Source of the DNA: Squalus acanthias
Lineage: Eukaryota
DNA: 64,000 nucleotides
NCBI GenBank assembly: GCA_030390025.1
Contig: CM059432.1
Coordinates: forward strand, 81,904,001-81,968,000
Direction: 5' to 3'
Below the pieces are notes generated by a model. That model ran no database searches, was not told the origin of the DNA, and saw only the letters and a list, made by a program, of their open reading frames with translations. The position numbers were made by a program, and so were the translations under genes. Positions 22,464-34,730 of the stretch are shown here, piece after piece; the first letter of the stretch is position 1, and each line of letters begins with the position of its first letter.

Positions 22464-23864
22464 TATCTTGCAAACTTGCTGCTTTTTTAAAAAGTTCATT
22501 AAGTGTGCAGTTTTGTTTGTAACATCTAAAAAGTGATGGACGAGGTCGCATCAACTTGAGAGGAAAAATAAAACTGGATTTACACCATCATTTAAATACA
22601 TTAATATCATGCAAGAATAGGGGGAGGATGACATTATGACCATGATGCCCGGGTGTGCTGATCACAGTGATTGTCTTTTGATGCCAGTCTCCTGACCCTA
22701 ACTGACTGCTTAGTATAAGCAAGAAGTAGTTCTGGGAACATGAGGCCTATAGCTGTATTGTGGGAAGTGCTCACAGTGCACTTATACTGCATCGGCTGTT
22801 TGATATTGTGTAGTAATTACAGAGTGATATGAATAGGCGATAGAAACCTATATTGCCTGGCTCAAGTCACTTTCCTCATGGACAAACTAAGATTTCTAGA
22901 GATATACTTAAAGGCTTAAAAAAGATTTGACAGGACATTTTCCAGCAGACACCTGAGTTCTTCAATTTTGACATTTAACATGTTGGCTTTGTACTGGCTG
23001 TAATTAAACCTCTGCAGGTGATCTCACACCCAACGTTAAATGCTGAATTGGTGCAGTTATAATATGGAAACCTCTTCATAAGTGTGTGTGCAATATAATT
23101 GCATTATTTGTTAAAATAATTGTTTTTCTTATTTAAAATGATGTATTGTTTGGCAATCCTGAGTCCATTGATCAAAACAATGTGGAGTTAAAATTCCTCA
23201 GGAACCCCGTTACTTTCCCACCGTAACTCTGGTGGGAAGCCGGCGAATCCTCCGGAAGAACAATGGAGACTCAGTTGTGCCAGATCTTTGCAATGTCCGG
23301 TAGTTTCCTGGCTGTCTTGTCAGGCGCAGAACTTTCATCCACCCCTTACAAGGCAAATGTAGGCCGGGGGCGGGGCCAGAGGCTTCCTAAGTTGGGAGTT
23401 TCTACTTGTGAGCCTGGAAGGGGAGCTGGTGTAGTAGGTGGCGGCCACGATGCCGATTGAGTGGAGGGGTTTGTGGGCTCCATCAGCAGGGCTCAGGCCA
23501 TGCAAATGGCTTGGACCCCCCGAGGACTTTTTATTTAAAAATAGAATTGCCAAGTTTGGTCCCCTCACTCAAGAGGTCAAGGAGAATGTGGCCGGGGATG
23601 AAGCAGGGGCTGGGCAACCCCACCATGGGCGGGTAACCAGGCAAGTTTCCCTCGGGGTGGGGCAGGCAGGTGCCAGGTATGTGCCTGTCGTGGGGATTGC
23701 GCCCACCTGCCACATGCTAATGAGGTGCCTTCTCATTAACCCCGCAACCTCCAGCGGGTAATGGAGGGCGTGATCCTGGGGTAAACATTGGCATCGCGAC
23801 CTGAGTAATTGTGGGGACGCTTTATTTTTCAGATACACACCATTTCAGTCAAATTGTGTACTGA

Positions 23865-24020
23865 TAGAATCGTACAGCACAGAAGGAAGCTATTCAGTCC
23901 GTCGTGCCTGTGTCGGCTCTTTGAAAGAGCGATCCAATTAGTCCCACTACCCTGCTCTTTCCCCATAGCCCTGCAAATTTTTCCATTTCAAGTATATATT
24001 CAATTCCCTTTTGAAAGTAT
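23865..24020 (-). mobile_element. CR1 3' end
   Basis: ATAGAATCGTACAGCACAGAAGGAAGCTATTCAGTCC, a CR1-type tail on the minus strand. Confidence 0.7.
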
Positions 24021-24531
24021 AATAACTAAAACATGGCACATATACCACAATGGAACTCAATATCTCTCAGCGCACTGACTGAATAGTGCTCAGTATCATG
24101 CTTGGAGTTAAAATTTGGGCCTGGTAGCCCTGAGTTATGCTAAATATGAAATCCATCAGGTCGGCAGTGGAAACAGGGAATTTCTGTCTCAGGAAATTTT
24201 CTGCTATAACTCCAGTCACCTACAAAAACAATTAAAAACTTTGTCTCATTTTCTGATGAAACGTTGTGCTTAGTTAAACGAATGAGTGCAAGTCCTGGAG
24301 CATGCCGGTGATTGCTCGCTGTGCACGGCCAATGGGCAAGGTGTCTGTGGTTATCCTGCATTCATACAATTAGCTCTCTAATCTCAGAGACTACAGAAAT
24401 AGTTGTAAATGCATTGTCCAGTGTGATACTGAGCTGGGCAGATCTAGAATGTCCCAGGTACGATCCCCAGTCTCTGCTGAATTAGTTGACTTCAGTCAGG
24501 GCATCAATTGGGGTGCTACAATTCGACAGAG

Positions 24532-26457
24532 TGGCCCCGATTTTAACCCCTCCTGCCGGGCGGGATCGGGACAAACAAGGCTTAAAATGGACCGAGTGTA
24601 CTTACCTGCCCCAAGTCGCTCCGTTCCTGTCTAGTGGCATTTAAATGGTGGCAAGTTTCTTCATGGGCCTGTGGCTGATGACACCCCTTCGAAACCCCAC
24701 CACTCCTGAGCTTAACAGATATAACAACAGCCATCCAGCTCAAGGTGCATCATTGAGCACGCCACTGGGACTCTCAAGCTGAGATTTAGGTGCCTTGATA
24801 GGTCCGGAGGTTCCCTGCAATATTCCCCAGCTAGAGTCTCGCAAAGCACTGTGGCATGCTGCGTGTATGGCAGCCGTCTGAGCTTACATCGAAGCTGCAA
24901 AGGATAGTGATACAGACGGCTGCTGAGATGGCAGTGTCCCTGGAGATGGCCTCATGGTCCAGTGTAAATTGCAGATTGCAAATGCTCTGCGACATCACCC
25001 CACACACGCTGGAGTTGGGCTCTGCCATCCTTCCCGCCAGAGTGCTCAAAGTGTTTTGCAGGCCTGTCAAGACCTCATACATTTGCTGGTTTGCCTCAAG
25101 CATTTGCTTTTACATGGCTGGGTCCTGGAGATCCACATCACTGTCCTGCCGAGCAGAGCTAGGAAAGGACTGCGCCCTCCGGCGGGTCGTCTCCTGGGTT
25201 GTCCCTGTCACCACTCTCTGCTTTTGCTCACTTGTGTTGAGTGACTTACCTCGCTATCAACCCCACGTGGAGTGCCGATGCCTGCTCTGGTGCCTGGGAA
25301 GGATGTACCGTAGGACGCTGGATCCTCAAGAGGGATGTCTTCCTCTGAGGTGCCTTTTGCCATAAGAGGCAGCGGTTGTTCTTACTGAGAAGGATATAGC
25401 AGGAAGAAGAAAGGGAGAAGAGTTGGGATGGCAATGAGAAGCTGGATAGCAGCTCATGAAAGATTTAACCATATTGGTTGATGTCTTGAAGTTAGCTGAC
25501 GGTGCAGTTGCTTGTGGTAGATGAAGGGGTACAAGCGAGGAACAAATCACCCTGCTCAGTGGAGCTGCCAATCTTGCCATCTCCAATGCTGACAGTGTTG
25601 TCTGGCACACTCATTTCCAGTGCTTCTTCCTCTGCCTGGGTAAGGGTCACAAACTGGCATGATCCTCCACCGGTCCTGTCCCCCTCCTTGTTATTGTACA
25701 CTCTGTTCTCCTGTAAAAAGAGGAGAGAGTTATGAGTGGCTCTCGAAGATGTGTAGTGCTTCTGAAAGTAGTGCATAAAATGAGAAGGAAAAGAAGAAAG
25801 ATGGTATGAGAATGGGGCGTCATGAATGGTTTGAGTATGAATTGGGGAGTGATGAGAGGAGCTGCAGGTTAAGCAATGGAAAGCAGATGAGAAGTGTGAG
25901 TGCCAACAGTGAAGAGAGGAAGCTGGAGGCGAGTATGTGTTAGGAGTGAGGATGAGTGGTAGCAGAGCATGCCCGTGCCGTTGTGATTGGTGGTAAGGGA
26001 GAAGAGGGACTTGAGCAGATGCACTGCAAGAGATGGGTAAAGGAGGAAAAAAATCACATTTCCTGACCTGGTGAGGTCATTGATTCTTTTCCAGCACTAG
26101 ATGCAGTTCCTCTGGGTGCTGCTCCTGCTGATCACTTCTTGTGCCATCGCCAGCCATGCTTTCTTGGAGAGAGTGTTGAGCTTCTTCATCCCACTTCTGG
26201 GGAATAGGACATCCCTCCTGCCCTCGAGGCTGACAGCATCACCTCCAGTGAGGCGCCAGAGACCCTGGGGGCCACCTTCCCTCTCTTGCCAGCCACCCTG
26301 AATTTTTTACAGCTTCCCTATAGCAACTTCACTTAGTGATGCATTCATGCTTTAAATATTGGCCGCAGTAAAGGAAAATACGTCATATGGGCGGCCAATC
26401 ATGTGGAACTTCAGGGCTCGCAGCAGCATTGCCGCTCTCCCGTTACAATCGGGCCCA
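24532..26457. mobile_element. Decayed Harbinger: transposase C-terminal remnant (+) and spliced Myb-like gene remnant (-)
   Basis: TIRs GGCCCCGATT and AATCGGGCCC; KLRFRCLDRSGGSLQYSPARVS at ~24775-24850; DRTGGG..TLTQAEEEALE at ~25610-25690 (-); SANT remnant at ~26070-26280 (-). Confidence 0.8.
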
Positions 26458-27340
26458 ATATCTCTGACTCAGAGAGGAGAAACTCACCCAAGGTTTTGAC
26501 TCCTGATTGCTGTTGAGTGATGCCTGATGGATGGATGTGTGTGTGCATTTTGAGTGAGGTCCAGATTGAGCTTGACTGCAATGCCCCCCTCACAGTACTG
26601 GAGGACAGCCAGAAAGAGTCACTGCTTTCCGGAAAGAAGCAAAGAAAATTGCAGGAAAAAAATACGAAAAGTCATTATTTTTTAAAATGTTGTTTAGCAT
26701 TGCAGACATTATCACGTATTTGCAAAATGCAATTTAATTCCCTTGTTACAAATGCTACATTAGTTTTGCACCTTATAACAGAATAGCTCTTGTTTAGTTT
26801 TGTGAGTATTTATCTGTGGGGTAAATTTTATGAGTTAGCACTCCCAGCACGGAGCCTCCCTTGGTAGGAGGGGAGATTGGTTAAACAGTTGCTTGCGTGT
26901 GAATTTTGGCCCACCCAATTTTCAAGTTATTCCCCACATATTTATCTTTAATACTATAAAAACTGTACATATGCACATAGTTCCTCTTCACATTTCAGAG
27001 GTCACATAGCGTCTAATGTAAATTTCTGTAACACTTTGAAAAAGCATAAAGGCAGTAATTTGCATTGTACTGGAACACATTCAATGAAGGAGGCGGGATG
27101 ACGGTGAGCCCGCTGCTCAGCATCTTCCGGACCCGCTCCTGGTTGCTGCCGCCCCGCAGATCAGATTTTAGGTTAATTGGCTTCGTTACAGCCGACGTGC
27201 GGGTCCCTCCAGGCAATTGCTTGCAGAGTGTCAGGTTCTCGCCTCTGATGACACGTTGTTTCAGGAAAGATTTAAAGGGGCCATGTCCCCTTTGCAGAAG
27301 CATTAGCTTTTTTCTGTTGAAAGTGCTGGCTGCTGCAGGA

Positions 27341-27580
27341 ATGGCAGCCCCAAAAACTAAGGCTGCACCCAGGTTCAATGAGGGCTCCCTCCATGCTCAT
27401 GTGGAGGGAGTTAGAGGACTTCAGGAGCTCCTCTTCCCTGGAAACGGAAGGAGGAGACCTCCTCAGCAAACCAAGACAGCTTGGCTGCAAGTTGCTGAGG
27501 AGGTGAGTTCGAGGTCTGTGTGCAGACACCACATGGGCTCAGTGTCAAAAAAGGTTCAATGATCTGCTGAGATCACCTAA
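27341..27580 (+). pseudogene. Harbinger Myb/SANT-like protein, first coding exon
   Basis: MAAPKTKAAPRFNEGSL..VEGVRGLQELLFP..RRPPQQTKTAWLQVAEEVSSRSV, then a frameshift to QCQKRFNDLLRS. Confidence 0.85.
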
Positions 27581-27756
27581 AGTGTTCTGGGAAATGGAAG
27601 TTCAAGAGTGAGGGCTCAGGGCGAATTCCATGTAGAATGTTGATGGTGACATTGAGCGCAAACCACTGTTTATTGGGCAGATGATGCCTGGGGTTTTGAG
27701 AATGTCGGACTTATATTCATCTCCATGTGCCAGCCACCTGTGGTTGAAGCGTAAGC

Positions 27757-29000
27757 TTACGTGAATCTAGCATGGATGAGTGCATCCCTTGCCTGATGGC
27801 CAGCAATGTGGTCGCCTGCTGCTGGATTGGCCACATCCGGCCCCGCAAGGCATCGCTCCCCGTCCTCCTCCTCATCCTCCTCCTCATCCTCCTCCTCGTT
27901 CTCCTCCTCGTCCTCTTCCAAGGAGTGTGTGCGCTGAGCCACTTGTTCATCCGGCAGCACTAAGCCACGCTGCTGTGCGATGTTGTGCAGGGCACAGCAG
28001 ACCACGACGATTCTGGACACCCTGGCTGGTGCATACTGCAAGGCTCCACCAGGTCTGTCTAGGCATTGGAAGCGCATTTTGAGCAAGCTGATGGTTTGCT
28101 CGATGATGCTTCTGGTGGATATGTGGCTCATATTGTACCGCTCCTCAGCATCGTTTGATGGCCTCCTCATCGGTGTCATAAAACACCTTTTCAGGGGATA
28201 GCCCTTGCCACCAAGAAGCCATCCAGAAAGTTGGGTTGGCGGATTGAAGAGCTGAGGCACACTAGACTGGCGCAGGATGAAGGAGTCATAGCAACTGCCA
28301 GGGTACTTTGCACAAACATGCATGATGATCTTCCTGTGGTTACACACCAGCTGGACGTTCAGGGAGTGAAAGCCTTTGTGATTGATAATACAGCTGGGCT
28401 GTGATAGGGGGCCCTCATGGCTACATGTGTGCAGTCTATGATGCCCTGCACCCTTGGCAAGCCTGCCATATTGGCAAAGCCAACCGCACGCGCAGTCACA
28501 CTTGGGCCATCCATGGAGAAGTGGATGAAATTGTGCACCTTTGCAAAGAGGGCATCAGTGACCTGCGTGATGCAGGTGTGTGCGGCCGACTGGGAGATGC
28601 TGCTGATGTCTGCAGCTGATCCCTGGAAGGAGCCCGAAGCAAAGACGTTGAGTGCGGTGGTGACTTTGACAGCCACTGGTAAGGAGTGTCCACACGCTTC
28701 TCTGGGCTCCAGGTCTTGGTGCAGCATTGCGCAGATGTCAGCGACTACCTCTCTCGAAAGTCTCAGCCTCCTTTGGCACTGCTGCTCAGTCATGCTGAGG
28801 AAGCTAATCCTCTGCCTGTAAACCCTGTGTTGGGGGTATCTCCTGTGCTGAGGCCCTCTGCCCTGTGCATCATCAGGTGGGTGAGGAGGAGGTTGGCGCC
28901 CCTGGTGCTGGTGCTGCTGTTGTGGCTTGTTGTGGTGCTGCCGCGGCTGCTCTTCCTCCAAATCTGACGACCAGGATGAGAGGATGTAAATGGTTCCCAT
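27757..29000 (-). pseudogene. Harbinger (HARBI1-like) DDE transposase with one frameshift near 28390
   Basis: [35 protein letters not shown], then [54 protein letters not shown] and an acidic tail. Confidence 0.92.
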
Positions 29001-29559
29001 CCCATAGCTATAGATTTCAGTTGAGGCAAGAAGCTTGCAAGCGCACACTCAAAGTGGCCTGAAATTATTCCATTCAAGTAACACTGCAGATGGGTGTCAG
29101 CTTGACCAGTCACATAGTCAGTAAATTTGCAAAATCTTATCCCAAACCTCCAACAACAAAGTTGTTGCATTTGAATGTCAGCCATGTTACAGGAGCGCTT
29201 TTAAAGTGCTGAACCAATGACTACAAATTATGTCCTCGAGAAATTCGTCTCCTTGCAGCTGGCGTGTTTCTGACAAGACGGGAAACAGAAGCATGAAAAT
29301 AGGAAACCACTATCAAAATAGGATTAGCAAGGCAGTTAACAGCCAGTTAACAGGCTAGAAATTCATTATAGCCAAGAAATGGGCAGTGTTTAGACTAAAA
29401 ATGGTTAAGTAGCACCAGTTGAAAATCGTCCAGGCTCGCACAGAATTCGTCCTCACTCCTCATTAAAATGATTGCAGTCATGATTCTACTCTAAAAGCTC
29501 AAGCTCGTTGGTATTACACTGAAAAGATGGACCAATATCGGAGGCAGTCTAAACGCAAG

Positions 29560-30956
29560 TAATGATTGCCACAGGCTTTTTTCACTATTTAAAGGGGAGG
29601 TTCATTGATGCTGCAACACCTCATTCTCAGCATTGTTTGGTGTGCAGCTGCCTCAACAACCATAAGAAGAAAGACAAGGAGAAGGAGCACTTATTTACAA
29701 ATCCTGATGGCAGATCTCTGCCCCAGGGAGAGAGCCTGGAGGTTTTCCAAGGAAGCTTTGGGGGCATTGGTTTTAGCGGTGGAAAGAAGGCAGGCGGTCC
29801 TGTACCCTCCAACTGGCAGGAGGCCCTCGCCACATGTCTGCCAGACTATGTAGAGGGAGGTGGCACACCATGTCACGGGCAGTACTGTGGTCCCCAGGAC
29901 TCACACCCAGTGCAAGAGGAAGATTAACGAGCTCACATGGGTAGTCAGGATGAGTGAAGGTTTCAACAAATGCTACATACCACCATCTGTACCACAAGCT
30001 TCACACACTGCTCAATGCACCACACCCCCAGCACTCACTCACCAACAATCTCTACATATCAACACTTACACCCACATCTCACACCTTGCGCACAATGACA
30101 GCTATTCAACTATGGCAGGCACAAGGGTCTTTAGTTATTAGAATTCATGTGATATGTGTGATATGTTTATAGATAAATTTATTAATTGTGTTTGGAATAT
30201 TTTGTGGTCTCTCTCATTTCACCTTTGTGCCCCGGAGGACGCTGTGATATGGCATGAGACAGGGATTGTATGATGGGCATGTGGTGAGCTACAGGGATCT
30301 AGGATTTCATTCATGCAAATCGGAGTCTGATGAGCTGGTCACGGACAGCCCATCCAGAAGACCGATTGTCTTGCTGCCTCCACCCTCCTTCCTGTTCCTC
30401 CTCCTCCTTCTCATCCTCTTCCTCCTCATCCTCATCTGCCTTGTCGTCCTCCTGAGGTAATCCCACAGCCCCCATGACTCTGAGGAAGTGTTGTGAGCAG
30501 AAGCCTTTAACAAATAATGAGTGACTTCTGTACTTGAATCAACACTCCCTGTCACCAAAAAAACTTGAAATAACTAAAGAAAACTGTTTCAGTCGCAGGA
30601 AGTAGCAAACAGGCACTGAAACTGCAGAACCATGAGCTGATTGGGGATGGTACCTTTAAACATTGCTGCTGCAGCCTGCTTCCTGCTGGTAGGTGCCAGC
30701 TCTCCCTGTCATTGTTCTGCGCTGCCGTTAAGGTAAGTGGCTATAACGAAGTTGGGAGATCAGACGTCCAATGAACGTTGCACACTCACTGACGTCACGA
30801 TCTCCATAATGACGAGGTCTCTGGTGATCGAGTTTACCGGCAGTGCTACTGGCAACACCATGGCGTGCAGTGCTGGAACCGGCATCAGCTGACATTACAG
30901 CTGTCAATGGCATTTTAGCGCCATCTTGTGGCGTTAACCACACAAATTTTTCCCCA
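29560..30956. mobile_element. Internally deleted Harbinger with Myb remnant (+) and acidic transposase-end remnant (-)
   Basis: RFSKEALGALVLAVERRQAVLYP..EVAHHV..PRTHTQCKRKINEL at ~29740-29950; acidic tract at 30380-30450; end AAATTTTTCCCC. Confidence 0.7.
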
Positions 30957-32774
30957 GGGTTTTATGATCCTTACGTATAATCTGTGCACTCGCTCTAAGA
31001 AGACATAGTACTTCCAGCTCACATTGTTATGCTCAATGAGCTTTCCATTGCACTATCAGCCTATTTATGCCCTTAAAGGGACACAGATCCACCGTAGCAG
31101 TGGAATAATATGCTCTTGTCCTTGTAAGATAGCAAACTTCTGATTCACCATGAGCAATTCCACGGGAGATGTCATATAGTAGACACCACTCTTCAAAATG
31201 TAACATTTTGTTCCAGAAGATAAATAATCTTACAACAAAAGAGACAGAAAGTCAATCATTGACCTGGATCCTGAAACTTACAAGCAATTACAAATGTCCT
31301 CCGATTCACCTCAGCAATGTATAAGTAGCTCCAGTGACCTGGAGTTGCCTATTAAATGGTCTTAAAGGCACAGACCAGATTGGAAGCTAAGCATGCAGAC
31401 TCAAGACTACCCATGAGTAATGCCATAAGAAATCTTGTAGATTTACAGTAGGTATTTAAAGTTCTTACAAATGGTATTTCCGGCAATTAGAAACCATAAA
31501 CCACTCTACTCTCTCTGCAGTAGACGCTGTTAGATTTTTTTATTTTAAAGTTTGCACCCTGGTATTGTGCTATTTCTTTCTTGCTTTTGTGGATGTTTGA
31601 GTGCAGATGAAACAGCACGTCATTTGTTTGTATTGTCTCCATGTGTTCAGAAAGATTTGGCTGTTAAAATGCCAGCTGTTTCACTCTGTGTGAGCTAACT
31701 TCATGACCCTGAGTAAGTGTATTCTGAAACATGCAAAACAGTTTCTTTGAGTTCATAAAGACATCAACATGCGAGTCCCTCGAGAAGCTAGAAGGAAAAA
31801 TAAAGGTTTAGTTATTGAAATAGGTTGCCCCTTGGGGCTTTATGTTCTTGTAGAAAAGAATACAAGCAGCAGGGGACACACAGACCTTGAAATGACTAGA
31901 AAATAAAATGTTTCCACGGACTGGAAACAAATTCGTTTCAAGGTTGGACTTGGGTAAAATCATTGTCCTTTACTAGGAAGAGATTTAGAAAGAGCTAAAC
32001 TGAGACTAGTTCTCGGGTGGCTGGAGTGGAAAACCCTCGGGGAACTTCTGTGCGGCTTCATTGGTCCTGAATAGAAACAGACAATAGAAAGAAAACAGGA
32101 AAATACATCCAGTGTCTCACACAATCCAGCCTTAAATACTATAAAAGGATAACCACGCTAAGGTGAGTAATATGTCTTCAAGTGAACGTATTATTTTACA
32201 GTAAGAAATTGGATTAAAGTGAAGCCTGCCCAGAGATATAGTTGCTGTGGTGCGCATTTAGATGTGCTGTGCTATGCGATGTGTTACAAACAGTGAGTGA
32301 GATAATAGCCCATTGGGTAACACAGCTACACACAGCCATTTTCTCTGCTACATTAGTTTTCTATGGGCTGCATTCGGGCTTTGACAAAACAGGATAGCAA
32401 AGGTCACAGTATTTGAAGCAGTTGGAGAAGGAAAGAAGGACAGCTATTACAATGATGGGGAAATGCGGGCCACCAGCTTTGAATGTGTGCAGATGACATG
32501 TGTGAAATTGACAAGTAACAATCTGATTTAAGTCCAAGAAAGCACAGGAAGTAAGTACTTGGTGTTTTTTTTTCTGATTTTGAGGAGTCCTTGCACTTGG
32601 TGTTTGTAGCAGTCATTTGCTAAAATGATCCTGTGATCAATGAAGATATGCCTCCAAGTGGAGTTGAATTCTTTCTACTAATAAATAAGTATTGGGCAGA
32701 AGCAACAGTTTATAGAGTTTCCTCTTAACTATACAGCTGCAAAGGGAAAAGATTTTTAACTACTGAATCAAAGG

Positions 32775-33440
32775 TGGCCATTTTAAATGGGTGGGTTTGG
32801 GTCGGGTGAGAAGTTAAAATTTAAAACATTTCAAACCCAACCCCAACGCGTCTCAAGCCCATCCTCTTCCGGTTTTAACGGAGGTGGGTCGGGGGATAGG
32901 TGACCAATCCGCTTTCAGGAGACGGGTCAGTCGGTAACAACTTTTAAGATGGATGCGGGCCTCCATTTTAACAAGCTTTTTATTTTAACCCATTTTGGCC
33001 AGGTTTCCCGGGCTTTGGGAAACCCGGCAGGTAAAAGGAGGCAAGAAGGGCTGGATCTATTAGATAAGTGCCTTTACAACACTGCTTGTGGACCCGAAGG
33101 AGCAGGAGTGTTTCTCCTCCAACCCATCAAGCTTACCTGCTTCCAGCTTCATGATTGCCGACTCCCCACGATCTCGACCCCCCACCACGATCTCTCAACC
33201 CTGACCACCATCTGCCACCCTGACCACGCTTTCCCACACCCCCCACGCAATCTCTTCCCCACCCCCCAGCCCCACCCTCCCGGCCGCGTTCTCTCCCTGC
33301 CTCCCTACCTGATCTCTGCTCCTCGGCTGCAGCCTTGTGGTGCAGGCTTTCCCATCCGACAGGCCTGTCAATCAGGCTGGCTGTCGGGCGGGAAACCTGC
33401 AGGAATATTTAAAAAGACGTTGTGTAGTTAATATCTGCAG
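32775..33440. mobile_element. Non-autonomous DNA element (Harbinger-like), related to 45355-45858
   Basis: Shared blocks ACCAATC.GCT..CAGGAG and GCCTGTCAATCAGGCTGGC. Confidence 0.55.
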
Positions 33441-33489
33441 GACGTCCGGGAAACCCGTACTTCTGGGTTTCCCATCCACATTCCTCCAT

Positions 33490-34203
33490 CAATTTGCGGT
33501 CTGACCTCAAAGAAAGCTACCCACAAAGATGTTGCGATCTCTGTGGCGAAAACTTGAGCTTTCTCAACGTTAAATTGATTGTAGCGCTGTCAAAAGGGGA
33601 TCCCTAGCGTATAGCAGCAGTGATGTCATCAAGCTGTCTAAGCAACCAATCACATTGAAGAATTCTCACAGCCAGCAAACCAGGAAATAAAAAGCACTGA
33701 TTAAATTCATTAAAAAAAAAAATTACAGAGCGAAATAAAGATTAGGACATACACATGGGGTTATGAGAGAGGCTGAAATATCATAAACAAACTTTAAAAT
33801 TTTAAAAAAAAATGTAAAAATTATTTTCAAAATCTAGTAATTTTCTATCATAATGGAGAAATTTGACATTCCACAAATATAAAATTTGTTGTTCAGCAGT
33901 CAATACGCCTTTAAAACCCCAGTTACACCTATTCCAACAAGGCTTAACTTTTTATGGGGTGTTTAACAGCGATAAAAAAGCAGAAAGCTTAAGTTTTCGT
34001 CAGTTCAACTGATTTCACTGATTGCTGGCTATGGGGAGTTCCACAGCACAGCCTGTGGTGAAGCAAGGAATGACTGACCACAACTTCAGGATTTCCGCAT
34101 TTAACTGTGCATGCGCTAAATCCTGAAGTTACAGTCACTTTCAGAGGGGTAATGATGGCAAACACTGGCAGTTCACTGTCATCACCACCGCAAAATCCGG
34201 GCC
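33490..34203. mobile_element. Non-autonomous Harbinger-like element
   Basis: Ends in GCAAAATCCGGGCC; AT-rich core like 44238-44985. Confidence 0.5.
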
Positions 34204-34619
34204 ATTATAACGAAACTTTTGGCTAGCCAATTGCTTCTTCGCTGACCCTGGGGTCAGCCTAATTAACATAATTTTGGCAGGCTTTCAGACTACATCAAGC
34301 AGGGGGAGGGGGGTGGTGTGGGGTGGGGGGGCGGGGGAGTGGGAGGGGGTGGAAAGAGAGTAAAATGGCTCCTGCAGGAGTCGTGTACCTGCAGCAGTGG
34401 AATGGGATCAGCTGCCACCAGGGGAGCTGAAGAGCAGGGCTAAATTTTGAAAGATTTTAAAGATTGAAGGACTGTGGCGTGCAATCGGTCACCCTGCGAT
34501 CAATTGAAGTCCCCTGGAAGAGGCTTTGTAAAATTTATATCCCCTCCCATATGCTAAAGCAATGTTTGATGCCAATTACATGACAGCATCCCTTGAATCT
34601 AGTGCTGCTGGTGCTAATA

Positions 34620-34730
34620 AAGAAAGAAAGACTTGTATTTATATAGCACCTTTCACAACTTCAGGACATCCCAAAGCACTTTACAGCCAATGAAGTACTT
34701 TTGAAGTGTAGTCACTGTTGTAATGTAGGC
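34620..34730 (-). mobile_element. Deu-domain SINE 3' tail
   Basis: AAAGAAAGACTTGTATTTATATAGCACCTTTCAC..GAAGTACTTTTGAAGTG. Confidence 0.8.

Larger units (their letters stand above)
27085..29450. mobile_element. Harbinger transposon with truncated Myb gene (+) and near-complete transposase (-); ends not resolved
   Basis: Convergent ORFs; subterminal AATTGGC and TTTAAAGGGG motifs. Confidence 0.8.

Noticed and set aside
27757..29048. Host HARBI1 gene
   Set aside because: Frameshift, altered catalytic motif, adjacent Myb remnant and several related decayed copies indicate a transposon.
32138..32170. TATAAAAG followed by a strong donor AAG|GTGAGT
   Set aside because: Isolated motifs with no supporting ORF or acceptor; expected by chance in 64 kb.
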